This document shows positions 25,488 to 36,374 of a stretch of 64,000 nucleotides of DNA, piece after piece. Source of the stretch: Candidatus Micrarchaeota archaeon (GTDB taxonomy: Archaea > Micrarchaeota > Micrarchaeia > Norongarragalinales > SBBD01). The stretch is taken from contig JBFYLP010000005.1 of assembly GCA_041305345.1 (NCBI GenBank), positions 109,817-173,816 on the forward strand, read 5' to 3'. Under the pieces are notes generated by a model. It saw only the letters and a program-made list of their open reading frames with translations. It did no database searches and was not told the origin of the DNA. The position numbers and the translations under genes were made by a program. Numbering within the stretch: the first letter of the stretch is position 1; every line of letters begins with the position of its first letter.

Positions 25488-26645
25488 TCATTGCACGGCA
25501 TCTTTGTAAAGCTCCTCATACCCCTTTGCGGATAGGTCCCACGTGAAGTTCCTCGCGCACCGCTCCCTTGCATTCACTCCCATCCGCCTGCGGAGCTTGT
25601 CATCCCTTAGCAGGATTAGCATCTTTTCCTTCATTTGCGCAGCGTTTCGAATTTCAAAAAGGAAGCCCGATTCGTCCTGGATGATTTCAGGGATGCCGCC
25701 CACGTTCGTGCCAATGACCGGCTTCCCGCTTGCCATCGCCTCGCACAAAACCATCCCGAAGGGCTCCCATACCGAGGCGAGAACAAAGAATTCGCACGCA
25801 GCGTACATTTCAGTGATGTCCGCCTCGGTGATCTTCTCCGTTATGAAAATGACGCTTTTGCCAAGCCCCAAATCCGATGCGTATTTTTTCAGGTAAGCCT
25901 CCTGCGGCCCCTTGCCCAGGATCACGAGGGTCACGTCGCGCTCCTCCTTCACTATTTCTGCGAAAGCCTGCAGCAGGTAGATGAAGCCCTTTTGCTGCTG
26001 AAGCCTTGCAATGGATAGGATGAGGCGATCCTCCCCCAGGCCATATTTCTTACGGATGTTCCCTTCGCCATTTTTGGGGTTGAAGAGCTCAATGTCAACG
26101 CCATTATATATTACGCGGGACTTTCCGTGCAGGTTAGGCGGTGCGGTGTTTTGGAGCGTATCCCTGCTTACTGCTGCAAGCGCATCGCACGCATTCATCA
26201 TCGGCTTCCCGAAAAGGTCGTCGTAAGCATCGCCAAAAAAATCCGTGACCGGCTCCACGGCCCGAAGCCTTGCGTTATGGAGGGTAAGCCCTAGCGTTTT
26301 CCTCCCATACCTCTTGATGAGAGCCATGTCCAGCAGATTGTAGAAGAACCGGTTGTGCATGTGGAAGATATCGTGCCGCGGTATTTCGGAAATTAGCGAA
26401 GTGAGGAAGAAGGGCGAGAGCGGAACTGGCGGGGGCAGTGGATGGGGCGCATCGTAGAAGATCCTGCAAGGGATCCGCTTCACCTTCACGCCATCGATTT
26501 CCTCGTAAGCAAGGGTATTTGGCAGCCTGGAAGTCAGCACCGTGACATCGTGCCTTTTCGCGAGCCGGCGCGAAACCTCAAGGACGTGCTTTTCCGTCCC
26601 TCCCTGGTAAGGGTGGAAGAAAGGGTTCAGCATACAGATGTTCAT
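25488..26645 (-). CDS. GT4 family glycosyltransferase
   Basis: MNICML...GGTEKHV, YNGVD, ARLQQQKG, EPFGMVLCEAMASGKPVIGTNVGGIPE. Confidence 0.95.
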   Translation of the reverse strand: MNICMLNPFFHPYQGGTEKHVLEVSRRLAKRHDVTVLTSRLPNTLAYEEIDGVKVKRIPCRIFYDAPHPLPPPVPLSPFFLTSLISEIPRHDIFHMHNRFFYNLLDMALIKRYGRKTLGLTLHNARLRAVEPVTDFFGDAYDDLFGKPMMNACDALAAVSRDTLQNTAPPNLHGKSRVIYNGVDIELFNPKNGEGNIRKKYGLGEDRLILSIARLQQQKGFIYLLQAFAEIVKEERDVTLVILGKGPQEAYLKKYASDLGLGKSVIFITEKITEADITEMYAACEFFVLASVWEPFGMVLCEAMASGKPVIGTNVGGIPEIIQDESGFLFEIRNAAQMKEKMLILLRDDKLRRRMGVNARERCARNFTWDLSAKGYEELYKDAVQ

Positions 26646-26854
26646 TGCAATCCCAAGGGAGCACATCCCCCTTAGTCTTGCCGGACGCGCCGAAACCCCC
26701 GGAGGTTCTTCGCATGCCAGGAAACCCAAAGTTTTCTGGAAGCGCGCCAAAAAACCCATAAAATGGAGTTTCCGAAGCACAAATTACTAAGAAGGATTCA
26801 GAATATGTTATTGGTAAGAATAGGCAGAATAAAAATATATGCGACCCCCCTAAA

Positions 26855-27115
26855 TCAGCCCTTCATCGATTCGAGCTCGCTCATCAGGTTCCAGATGATC
26901 GTGCGCGCGTGCATCGGCAGGTTGATGTCGCTGCTCGCCTCGTCAAGCGTGTAGATCACTGAACCGATTGCAAGGTCGGTATCCGTGTTGTCCTTGAGCT
27001 TCATCTGCGCGGCCTGCAGGTTCGTCCGAACGTTGCGCGGGATCGAAGTATCGCCAACAAGCAAGTCGAGCATGCCCGAGATCTTCTCCAGCTCCGCCTT
27101 GTCAACCTTGCCCAT
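26855..27115 (-). CDS. UPF0147 family protein
   Basis: L..DTSIPRNVR...LDEASSDINLPMHARTIIWN. Confidence 0.9.
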   Translation of the reverse strand: MGKVDKAELEKISGMLDLLVGDTSIPRNVRTNLQAAQMKLKDNTDTDLAIGSVIYTLDEASSDINLPMHARTIIWNLMSELESMKG

Positions 27116-27199
27116 ATCGCTCACTGTAAGCTGCATAAAATCAGGAAAGGTATTTTACGCAGGGAGATTTATTAAACCCTCCTGAAATTTTTTGGATTC

Positions 27200-28426
27200 C
27201 TAGTATTTTATCAGAATCTTCTCGCCGATGTTGGAGATGCTAGGAAAGCCAAGGTCGATCTTCTGCCCCCTCTCGGTCTGAACGATGATCGCTTCCTTCT
27301 CCCTATCGACGCCCGTAATCTTGCCAAGGTAGCCGCCTATTTCCGTGTAAACCTCCTTGCCCTCGAGCTTCATCTTCGCGATGATGTTCTTCTTTAACTG
27401 TTTCGAGAGGTAGATCACGAGGTACATTATTATGATCGTGAAAAGAAGCGAATAGAAGAAGTTCTCGAAGCTCTGGCTGCCAATGACCCATTCGGCCGCA
27501 TTGTTCGCAATGAGCCAGAAGAGAACAACAGCTGCAGCAGAAATCCCAAAGTTGGGCAGTGCGTAATGCTTACGCTCGTTCCACGCCTCGAGCACGTTGC
27601 CGCCAATCATCAGGAGGAGCGCGATTGGGAAGAGTAGGAGGAAGCTCTTGAGCCCTTCCGCGGCAAGCTTTGCGATGTTTTCGACGCCTTCAGCCTGCTT
27701 CGTTGAGACCTTGTCCACCGCAAGATAGAGGGAAATTATGATGAATGCAGCCGAAGTGAAAAGGAAGATGAAGCTGATCCTTTCGGTTGAAAGCTCGGCG
27801 CGGGTGAATCGCTGCAATATCGCCTCCTCGATCCCAAAGCCCTTGAGGATGAGGTAACCGCCAACAAGCCCAATGAAGAGCCGGATTCCCGCCTCCTGGA
27901 AGAGGAATGCCAGTAAAAGAAGCACGCCCGGAACCCCAAACACGATCCTGGCGAACTGCGGTTCCTTCAGCTTTTCGAGCAGGACGAAATAGGTCTTCTC
28001 AAGCTCCTTTGATTGCTTGACAACTAACGTATGCACGCTGTTCACCTTGACGCGCGATTGTATCAGCGGCAGCACCTGCTCATCGCTTGCGCCGTCGGAT
28101 ATGAAAACGCACGCCTCTGGCTTGAAATCGCCGAGCACTTTTTCCAGCTGCTTCACGATTTCCCTATCCGCATAGTAGCCAAGCCTGTTGCTGCCTGTAA
28201 TCGTGACTATTTCCGCCTGGTAATTCTGCTTTAGCAGCTCATCGTACCTCTTCACAGCCTGGAAGATGGTGTTCCCGTCGGTGTCGCCCGGGTCGGCAAT
28301 TGAGAATTTGGTGGCGGCCTCGACGTTGCGCTTCCTTCCGATGATCGGGCCCCTCACCCTTGCCTTCTCATAAAGGTCGTTGTCCACATCAACGCATAAA
28401 ACCAGCAGTCTTTTCGCTTCGGGCAT
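27200..28426 (-). CDS. DUF373 family membrane protein
   Basis: LVLCVDVDNDL...DPGDTDGN, ISDGASDE...VVKQSKELEKTY; C-terminal PRC-barrel-like segment. Confidence 0.9.
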   Translation of the reverse strand: MPEAKRLLVLCVDVDNDLYEKARVRGPIIGRKRNVEAATKFSIADPGDTDGNTIFQAVKRYDELLKQNYQAEIVTITGSNRLGYYADREIVKQLEKVLGDFKPEACVFISDGASDEQVLPLIQSRVKVNSVHTLVVKQSKELEKTYFVLLEKLKEPQFARIVFGVPGVLLLLAFLFQEAGIRLFIGLVGGYLILKGFGIEEAILQRFTRAELSTERISFIFLFTSAAFIIISLYLAVDKVSTKQAEGVENIAKLAAEGLKSFLLLFPIALLLMIGGNVLEAWNERKHYALPNFGISAAAVVLFWLIANNAAEWVIGSQSFENFFYSLLFTIIIMYLVIYLSKQLKKNIIAKMKLEGKEVYTEIGGYLGKITGVDREKEAIIVQTERGQKIDLGFPSISNIGEKILIKY

Positions 28427-28476
28427 TTTTCCACCATTATCCTTAGCAAACCAAAATAACTCCTGTAATTAAGGAA

Positions 28477-31400
28477 CTAGTTGCCATTTAAATTACGCGC
28501 CTGCTTGCAGGCAAGAAAGTAATGGTAAAGCATATGCATTACCTGATCGGTCGCATCTATCGGGGGCACATATTCTGCCATAGGTGTTGGGCTGGGGCTC
28601 GTTTTTGGCGAATCGTAGGAGGGGCACCAATTCCGCTCATTCGATACGGCAACTTTAACGGCACTTTCGGGCAGGGGCTTTATCGCAACGAAGGTGTCAT
28701 CCGCAGCAGCGGGTTTTTCCACTAGCTTGCCTTCATCCAACCAGCACCGGGATGAAAAAATCGTCCCGTCGGGCTTTTCAAGCGCAAGGCATATGTTCTT
28801 GCCCTCGAAGAGCTTTCTTTGGATGAATAATTCGGTTTCCTTGTCGCCAATGTCTTCCGGCTCGGATTTCGTGCCGGTGCAATCCTTGTTGTCGCATACC
28901 CTGGCTTTTGTCCCGGGGGGCAATTTTGACAGGTCCAGCTGGGCGTTCACGCAAACCTTATCCTTCGTTGCCGTAAATTCATCCTCTTCAGAGCCTTTAT
29001 CCACCGGCAGGCATTTATCAGTATTCTCAGTGCTGACCGGGGTTAGGCTGATGCGCTGTATTGCCTCTTCTGCCAGGGCCGTGCCTTCCATCGACGCCCC
29101 AAAAATTTCCGTTGATTGGTTCTTGGGCTGGTTCTTCACGCCGTATTCGTCCGGCTTGAATGTGAACAGCCAGTAGGCGTCATCCTGGTATTTTGAAATG
29201 TCCCACATCCCCACGGGTTTTCCATCGTGGGTCAGATCAAATTGCGCGCCCTCCCTCAGAAGGTATTTCAGTGCTGCCTTGAAAGCCTCCTCGCTGATGT
29301 CCGAAAAGTCGGCGGAGGAAACGGTGTCCTTTATTTTGCAGTTTTCGGGAGTGGCCATCACGAATGGGATTTGGACATCGCACGCTGAGAATGTTTTCAC
29401 TGACACGAATGTGAGCTCCTTGTTTGCAGGATCAAGCATTACGAATGAAAACGGCTCGAGCATGTTGAAATCATTTACCTTGTCGAGCTTTATCCCCATA
29501 TCAGCACAGCTGTTTTCAATGCCGGTGTAATCGAGAAGCAGGCCGCGGTCATCCAGCCAATCAGGCGGCTGCTTCAGGCCGATGTTGCAGCTCTTGATCT
29601 TGATGTCCCTATTTCCACCAGTTCCCTTAAGGGCACCGAAGGATTCGTCATATATTTTCAGCTTGTCCTGGGTTAGGTCCGTGCTGAACGCATACTTGTT
29701 CATCGTGTAAAGCGTCGGGAGACCGGGTGCATCCTGCTTCACAATCACGGGGTTCTCCAGGTAATGGTATATTGGCGCATTGTTGGAGTTGTCAAGGGAA
29801 ACTGCAATGAAGCGGTCCTTTGGCTGGGGTTTGAGCTTCTCGGATACTTCATTCTTGTTCTTGGAAAGCGCCTTTTGGAGTCCCGCATCAACTGATTCGG
29901 AGGAAAGCGCCTGGTCAAGGGTGAAGAAACCTCCGGAGCTGCTTGAGCCCTGCTCTTCCGTGAGGGCGCTAAAGCTCTTTAGCACGTAGCCCGCGGTCTT
30001 CGCGGAAGCATCCGTCTTGAAGAGGACCGAAACCTCGAGCCCCCTCGTGTCCACTATTGGCTTTGCGTATTGCACGCGCGGCTGGAAGGGGAAGCCCTTT
30101 TGCATCATCCGGTTCATCATCGCCTGCTTGATCGCGCCGAAATTGTTCGTTGCTGCAAGCGCCTCGAAAGTGTTGAGGAATTCCGAGTCGCAAACTGAGG
30201 CATCGAGCATATCCTTCTCAACTGCCCAAAGCTCAGAGCCCGTGACCGTCTGGTCGCAGTAAGCGCCCTCGACGCAGTTATAATCATAGCTGCTCGAAAC
30301 CGACTGCTTGCAAAAGCCGTCGGTCAAAGCCTCGACACCCTTGCAAAGCTCGTATTGCGCCTTGTCTGCAATGTAATCCTGCAAAGTGAGCGCAGCTGCT
30401 TCGGCGATCCTTTCAAGCGCATAGTCGCCAAAGCCCGCAAAATCGAGTTTCTGTATGCGGATGTCCTCGTGGGCCTCCTCGATGTCCTTTGCAACCTCCT
30501 CTGCAGCTTCCTGAAGATCCTTTTCCGAGCAGAAATTATTGCCGCTGCATTGAAGCCCGCCATCGCCTTCGGAGCCCGGATTGCCAATCACGTCGTATGC
30601 GCCATCCGAATCCAGGGTTGTTGGCGAGGGAAGCGCAAGTGGGAAAGGGTCCTCGTCGCGGATCCTCCTTAAATCAAACGTCCGTTCCGTTCCCAGTTTT
30701 AAATTCTGTTCAAAATAATAGAGCTTGTAGAAATCGTCATTTCCCCTGCAGAGTTTGTTTGGGTTTGCTTGATTGCACAGGTCGCCGTTATCAGGAACAT
30801 CAACTAGCTTGCTGCCGGGGATGTTGTTCACCAGATAGAAAGGCTCGACGGCGTCCGTGCCTTCATCGTTCCTTGCGGTTATTTGGGAGGAAACGGGCAC
30901 CGACTGCAGCACGTATTTCCCGATCCCCTCGTTATGGATGATGAATTCAAATTCGATTGAGAACTCCTGCCCGGTTGGCACGAACTTCATAACTATCCGC
31001 TGTTTCTTCGTTTCCTTACCGTCATCGAAGAGGAGCCTGCCTTCCGTTGAGCCCGCTTCCCCGGAGAACTCGTATTTCATCTTCCTCGGATCGTTCGTGA
31101 AAATGAAGGTGGTATAGCGGGGAGCAATGCCGATGATGCTGTTTAGGTCCTGCAATGCGCCGATGATCTTCCCGTCTGGGCCGTTCTTGTCCGCATAGTA
31201 GCCTGCAAGGTATTTGAGTTCTTCGCCGGTGTCGTACAATTGGATGTTCGAGGCGGAGCCGTATGCAAGCGCATAATCATTGATGATCGAGAATGCGGCG
31301 CCGTTGATTGGCAGGAAAGGCGAGAGGTGGACCTTGCAGCTAAAGCCCGCGCCGTTCCCAACGACTTCGCAAATCCCCGGGTCATCCGCAGTTTGGAGGG

Positions 31401-34400
31401 AGGAATACGGCCCCATCTGCAGCTGGTTTTGCTGGTAATACTGCATATTCTGCGAAGCTGCCGGGTTCCAGCTGTTCGTGAAGCCGTTGAAATTCTGGCC
31501 GTAAACCGCAGGCTGCGCAAGCCCGGGGCTTTTAACTGCCTGGATGCCGTTGGTATAAACGTAGAATTTGTAAAAGCTGCTGTATGCTACCTGCTTTGAT
31601 TTTCCCGCCTGGGGCTCGAGCTGGCCGATTAGTCCCTTCGTGAGATGGCCAACGAACCTTTGCGCAAAGTAGTTGTTGTTCTTGTACTTGCAAATCGCAT
31701 CCACATTCCCAACGTACACGATGCCCTTCATCGAATTTTCGCCCATATCCCGGTAATTGTAAATGCCGCTCCTGGTGAATTGGAAGGAATACGTCTTCCC
31801 GGGCTGGATCGAACCCGACTTGAAGGGTACGCCGGAGGGCGATTTGTAGCCCGAAATCGATTGCAGCTGGTGCGCCTTTGAATCCTGGTTGACCCACGTG
31901 ACCTTTGCATTCTCGGGGATCGAAACTGCGGGCGGTTCGAAACCATAGCTGGTGATCACAACGATGGTTCCATTCGTATCCGTTGTCTGCGAAGCGCCGG
32001 GCTTGACAGCTGGCCCTGTGATCACGACTCGGACGCTAAGTTGGGGCTTGTTCGAAAAAGTGATGTAAAGCCTTCCGGTTTGAACAACCGCCCTTTTATT
32101 GGTATCGAGCGTGGCATCCGTGCTTGTTGCAGCTTCCGTTTCGGGAGTGCACGCATCAACTGTGCAGCCAAGAGTTTCCTCAAGCTGCTCGCACGCCTCC
32201 TTCTGTGCAAGGGTGCCAACTTCCGGGCACCTTTGCCTGACGGTGCCGTCTGATTTGTAGTATGTCTTGCCGGTGCTAGCTGTTTTGCTAACGACAACGT
32301 AGCCGCCATCGGTGCAGGAATAAATGGTTTCGACATTCGCATCCCCGCACCTTGAGGAGGGGTCTGCTGCAAACGAAAGCGTTCTCAATTCCGGCCCGCT
32401 GAAGGATAAGGAGCTTGCCTCCTTCCCGCCAAAATTCAAATTGTCAAGATCAGCATAAATGACTCCCTTGTAATACGGATGGCCCGAATAATCCGCCAAA
32501 ACCACAAGGACGCTTGGGTCCGTGGAGCAGTCGAGATTCACGTAATTTTCCATCTTTGCATTCTCATCGGTTTCGGGGCTCCTTATGGTGCAGCCTGTGA
32601 TCGTGCTCCCCCGGGTTATTTCCTGCAGCGAATAATAACCGTTGAACTGCAAAGCCTCATCGAGCTCGAGCGTAAGCGTATCCGTTGGAAGGGCGCCGTA
32701 GGGGGTTGCAGTTGGCGTTAGTTCAATCTTCTTGCAGATGTTCTCAACGCAGGCCATCCCCGCATCGCACTGCGAATCAAGCGTGCAGAATTTTGGCAGG
32801 GCGCAATTGATCTTCACCGGGATCTTGATGTTTGCGTGGCTGCCTCCTGCGGCCTCGCCATCGATGCTAAGGTCGCACGCGCTTCCCTGCCTTGTTGGCG
32901 TAAGCACGAGGCTTTTCTTTTTCTTCGCGCCAAGGGTGAATGCAGCGCCGGTTCCGGATGCTATGGTGTTGACGCCATCGCCTATCAGGGTTATGCAGTT
33001 GGACTGTGCGAGTACGTTGATCTCCGCATTCAGCAGGTTCTCGACATCAAGGGTGCTGCCGTCGCACGAAAGCAGTATCGATTGCGAGCTTGCTGAAAGG
33101 AACTCGGTTAGCGAGACCGCAACCTCCTTCTTTGCATTGCGGAACCCTTCGCGTTTTGCAATGACGGTGAACCTTCCGGTGTTAAGCGGATGCAGCCTTC
33201 GGAACTCGTACACCCCATCAGCGCCCTCCTTTTCCGATCCGTCACCGACGATGGAATCGGGGACCATTCCATCGAATGCGGCGCTTTCGTCCTCCTCTAT
33301 TGTGATTGTGGCATCCGTGATCGCACTTTCATCAAGTGCGTTCTGCAGGAGCACGCGCAGGCTGGAATCATCATTCGCCTGCATCTGCAGGGGCGCAACC
33401 TGCATAAGGAAATCGTTTGTGCCAGTAACCTGCACTGACGATTTCAATGAGATGTATTGGGAATCCGCATCTCCAAAAATAAGCTCCATTCTCGAGTATG
33501 CAGTTGAAAGTAACCCAAGGAGCTCGATCTCGCCCGAAATGGTGCTGCCTTCCTCGAGGCTTTCGAGCTGCCACGTCCATTCCTTCCTCCCTTCCGCATT
33601 CCCGCTGCTGCTTCCGAGCCTGAATGCGCCAAAGGAGAGTTCGCTATCGTCGGTGAGCTTGAGGAACGGTGAGTTTTCATAGCGCTTCAAGGCGCGGAGG
33701 GAGAAATATGCCTTGAAGGGAACGCCTACGTCAACTGCAAAGCCCTTGGAAACCCTTGGCAGGTTGGCTTCCCCGAACTGCAGCGAAAGGCACGCTTTGT
33801 CGTTGCATATGAACCGGTCCTCCGAGATGCGGAAGGAAACGGCATCCGATTCGGCGTAGCACGAATCCCACTCATCGGTCCGCTCCGCAGTGCCTAGGGC
33901 GGCATCCTCCGGAACGCGGGTGAAAATACTCCCGCTTGACGCATAACCGCGATAGTTTATGGAGATCTCGTCGTTTTGCTTTGCCGTAGGCTTGATGAAA
34001 ATCTTAAGCACAACCGCCTTCGTATTTTGCTGCTTTGGAAATTCGTATTGCACCCATTTTGCCATTTTGGCGCTCCCATCGACATCAGAGGACTTGTCGG
34101 ATTTGCAGCTTTGGGAAGGATTGTACGAGAAGCCCTTCGTGACAGCGGAGTTCGCAGGCTTGTCATAATAGGATATTGCCGCAATGTCCTCCTCGGCTGT
34201 CTTTGAATCGCTTCCGCCAACCCTTATGAACATCCCGCCCATTTCGCTTCCAGCTGGTATGTTGAGGACGAATTTCGCATAATAGTACGAGCCCTTGGAA
34301 AGGGATGGAAAATCGCGGGCGTATGTGCCGCCCTCGGTCGATGCAAGGCCCTCAAAGTTGACCGACAGTTCGTTCTTCAATGCCGCGGGTATGAGCTTCA

Positions 34401-36252
34401 CTTCGATTTTCTTCTCGGATTGGGGTTCGACGAAAAGGTCCTCGGTTTCATATTCGAGGTAATTCTGCGATGAGATCTTGAGGTACACCTGCTTGTTTGC
34501 GGGCACCTTAATGCTGCAAGAACCGCTTGAGAAGGCGCACTCGCCATCGGGGATAGCAAGCCCATCCGACCTCAGGAACGCCTTTGCCCCTCCTGCGGGA
34601 ATGGTTTTCTGGTTAGTGGCATCCCTAAGGGAAACAATAAGCGTGCCCATCGGCCTTGCCAGCTTTACAACCACCTCATTTGCATCCCCTACCTCGGGGA
34701 TGAAGGATGAAGATGCGCCGCTTACGCAGTCCTTGCTTGCCGTGACGTAGTACTTGGCTTGGCCGCCAAAGAGCAATGTTGGCACGTTCGAAAATGCGGT
34801 TGTGCCATCTTCGATCGTCAGCTGGTCCTTAAGCCCTAGGAAGAAGCCATCTTCCGTGAAGATGTTTACCTTTGCTGCCTGGGTGAGCTCGCCATCGGAG
34901 TCGAGCACAGTTACCTTGATCCTTGCGGAATTGTCATCCCTTGCATTTTCGAGCTCGATGGAATAGGACTCTCCCATCTGGCCGTCGAGCAAAAGGTTTG
35001 GGAGATACCCATCCTTGTAAGCGCTTATGTACACGATCTTGTCCGTGGTAAATGTTGTTTGGCCCTGGCCATCCGTAGTATTGGAGGCAAGGAGCGCATT
35101 CGTTTCCTGGTTGTACATTCTCACGGCCGCAGCTTCAAGGTTGCTGCCGCCAACTTCCTTCACAGTTATCGTTACCCCGTAGTCGCGGCCGACATCCTTC
35201 TCTTCCAGTTGCAGCTGAAATTCCAATGCGGTTCCGGAAAGTAGGATTTGGGATCCCTCGCTGTCATCCAAGGGGAGGTACGCCTCATCAATGGGATTCG
35301 CAACAACATAAACGCGCTGGCCTACTGCATCGATGTCCGTGAAAAGCACCTTTCCCGACAGATATGTTCTGCCGGAATCAAGAAGCTCGTCATTGCCCGC
35401 AAGGAATAGGCTTACGGTTGCGTCAACGGGATTCCCATCGGTGTCCTTGATGGAAACGAGCACCTCTCCCTTTAAGGGCGCGACCTCGCCGCCCTCGTCA
35501 ACAGGAACCTGCGATTTTTTTGAAAGCGTGACCTGCTTGCTTTTTTCAACCGAAACAACCAGCCTTACCTGCGATGCAACGTAGTTGCTTTTCTCGATTG
35601 TCACGCTCAGCTCGGAATCCAGGTTTGCCGCGGTAAGCAACGCTAGCCCGGACGCATCGGTCACTGCCTGGTCGTAAAGCCCGTTCTCGGAATCGAAATA
35701 TGAAACTGAAGCGCCGCCAAGGGGCACTCCGCTTGCGTCCGCGACCTTGATGGTTACTTTCACCTTCTGGCTTATGCTAGCCCCCCCGGACTGGAGCGCT
35801 GCCGTTATCTCCGGCGTTTCCTTGCTTACAATGAATTCCTTCTCGAATTTCTGCAATCCCGGCTGCTCCGCAACCACCCTTGCGGATTTCCCAACAGGCA
35901 CCTTTTCGAATACCGCCCTTCCCTCGTCATCCGACTCGATGGAACCGAATTCGTTCCCGTCTATTTCCAAAATCACAAGAACGCCGGAAAGCGGATCGCC
36001 ATTTTGCAGCACGGTTATGCCAAGGGACGTTGTGCCTTGGAAGAAAATCCCAAGAGCAAAATATGCGCCAACTGCAATCCCAAGGAGGAGCAGGAGGAAA
36101 ATTGGCAGGGAGGGGACGCCGCGGCTTTCAATTGGGGTGATGAACCAGTCGTAAACGGGCAGCTTTAGCTGCTGCTGGAGGAAATCGCAAAAACCATAGT
36201 AGGAATCCTCAATTTGCCCATAAAGCCCCCTGTCAGTGCCAGTGCTTGCCAT
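28477..36252 (-). CDS. Giant membrane-anchored surface protein 1 (carboxypeptidase-regulatory/Ig-like repeats, cupredoxin-like domain)
   Basis: ~2590-aa ORF; N-terminal TM; repeated V...G.PL.GA.V / TD..G.A beta-sandwiches; GFEP..V.I......WVN.D...H cupredoxin-like segment. Confidence 0.85.
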   Translation of the reverse strand: MASTGTDRGLYGQIEDSYYGFCDFLQQQLKLPVYDWFITPIESRGVPSLPIFLLLLLGIAVGAYFALGIFFQGTTSLGITVLQNGDPLSGVLVILEIDGNEFGSIESDDEGRAVFEKVPVGKSARVVAEQPGLQKFEKEFIVSKETPEITAALQSGGASISQKVKVTIKVADASGVPLGGASVSYFDSENGLYDQAVTDASGLALLTAANLDSELSVTIEKSNYVASQVRLVVSVEKSKQVTLSKKSQVPVDEGGEVAPLKGEVLVSIKDTDGNPVDATVSLFLAGNDELLDSGRTYLSGKVLFTDIDAVGQRVYVVANPIDEAYLPLDDSEGSQILLSGTALEFQLQLEEKDVGRDYGVTITVKEVGGSNLEAAAVRMYNQETNALLASNTTDGQGQTTFTTDKIVYISAYKDGYLPNLLLDGQMGESYSIELENARDDNSARIKVTVLDSDGELTQAAKVNIFTEDGFFLGLKDQLTIEDGTTAFSNVPTLLFGGQAKYYVTASKDCVSGASSSFIPEVGDANEVVVKLARPMGTLIVSLRDATNQKTIPAGGAKAFLRSDGLAIPDGECAFSSGSCSIKVPANKQVYLKISSQNYLEYETEDLFVEPQSEKKIEVKLIPAALKNELSVNFEGLASTEGGTYARDFPSLSKGSYYYAKFVLNIPAGSEMGGMFIRVGGSDSKTAEEDIAAISYYDKPANSAVTKGFSYNPSQSCKSDKSSDVDGSAKMAKWVQYEFPKQQNTKAVVLKIFIKPTAKQNDEISINYRGYASSGSIFTRVPEDAALGTAERTDEWDSCYAESDAVSFRISEDRFICNDKACLSLQFGEANLPRVSKGFAVDVGVPFKAYFSLRALKRYENSPFLKLTDDSELSFGAFRLGSSSGNAEGRKEWTWQLESLEEGSTISGEIELLGLLSTAYSRMELIFGDADSQYISLKSSVQVTGTNDFLMQVAPLQMQANDDSSLRVLLQNALDESAITDATITIEEDESAAFDGMVPDSIVGDGSEKEGADGVYEFRRLHPLNTGRFTVIAKREGFRNAKKEVAVSLTEFLSASSQSILLSCDGSTLDVENLLNAEINVLAQSNCITLIGDGVNTIASGTGAAFTLGAKKKKSLVLTPTRQGSACDLSIDGEAAGGSHANIKIPVKINCALPKFCTLDSQCDAGMACVENICKKIELTPTATPYGALPTDTLTLELDEALQFNGYYSLQEITRGSTITGCTIRSPETDENAKMENYVNLDCSTDPSVLVVLADYSGHPYYKGVIYADLDNLNFGGKEASSLSFSGPELRTLSFAADPSSRCGDANVETIYSCTDGGYVVVSKTASTGKTYYKSDGTVRQRCPEVGTLAQKEACEQLEETLGCTVDACTPETEAATSTDATLDTNKRAVVQTGRLYITFSNKPQLSVRVVITGPAVKPGASQTTDTNGTIVVITSYGFEPPAVSIPENAKVTWVNQDSKAHQLQSISGYKSPSGVPFKSGSIQPGKTYSFQFTRSGIYNYRDMGENSMKGIVYVGNVDAICKYKNNNYFAQRFVGHLTKGLIGQLEPQAGKSKQVAYSSFYKFYVYTNGIQAVKSPGLAQPAVYGQNFNGFTNSWNPAASQNMQYYQQNQLQMGPYSSLQTADDPGICEVVGNGAGFSCKVHLSPFLPINGAAFSIINDYALAYGSASNIQLYDTGEELKYLAGYYADKNGPDGKIIGALQDLNSIIGIAPRYTTFIFTNDPRKMKYEFSGEAGSTEGRLLFDDGKETKKQRIVMKFVPTGQEFSIEFEFIIHNEGIGKYVLQSVPVSSQITARNDEGTDAVEPFYLVNNIPGSKLVDVPDNGDLCNQANPNKLCRGNDDFYKLYYFEQNLKLGTERTFDLRRIRDEDPFPLALPSPTTLDSDGAYDVIGNPGSEGDGGLQCSGNNFCSEKDLQEAAEEVAKDIEEAHEDIRIQKLDFAGFGDYALERIAEAAALTLQDYIADKAQYELCKGVEALTDGFCKQSVSSSYDYNCVEGAYCDQTVTGSELWAVEKDMLDASVCDSEFLNTFEALAATNNFGAIKQAMMNRMMQKGFPFQPRVQYAKPIVDTRGLEVSVLFKTDASAKTAGYVLKSFSALTEEQGSSSSGGFFTLDQALSSESVDAGLQKALSKNKNEVSEKLKPQPKDRFIAVSLDNSNNAPIYHYLENPVIVKQDAPGLPTLYTMNKYAFSTDLTQDKLKIYDESFGALKGTGGNRDIKIKSCNIGLKQPPDWLDDRGLLLDYTGIENSCADMGIKLDKVNDFNMLEPFSFVMLDPANKELTFVSVKTFSACDVQIPFVMATPENCKIKDTVSSADFSDISEEAFKAALKYLLREGAQFDLTHDGKPVGMWDISKYQDDAYWLFTFKPDEYGVKNQPKNQSTEIFGASMEGTALAEEAIQRISLTPVSTENTDKCLPVDKGSEEDEFTATKDKVCVNAQLDLSKLPPGTKARVCDNKDCTGTKSEPEDIGDKETELFIQRKLFEGKNICLALEKPDGTIFSSRCWLDEGKLVEKPAAADDTFVAIKPLPESAVKVAVSNERNWCPSYDSPKTSPSPTPMAEYVPPIDATDQVMHMLYHYFLACKQARNLNGN

Positions 36253-36374
36253 CAGCTTCACCGTTTAAAACGTATCCTCGAAGGAATAAAAACATACCTT
36301 TTGCATCAATGCACGTTGTGGCCGGTTGCCAAATACCCTTTTTAATTCCATTTCCCAAACCCTAATTGATCCCG

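Noticed and set aside
26680-26755. Hammerhead ribozyme
   Set aside because: The CUGANGA core is absent on both strands
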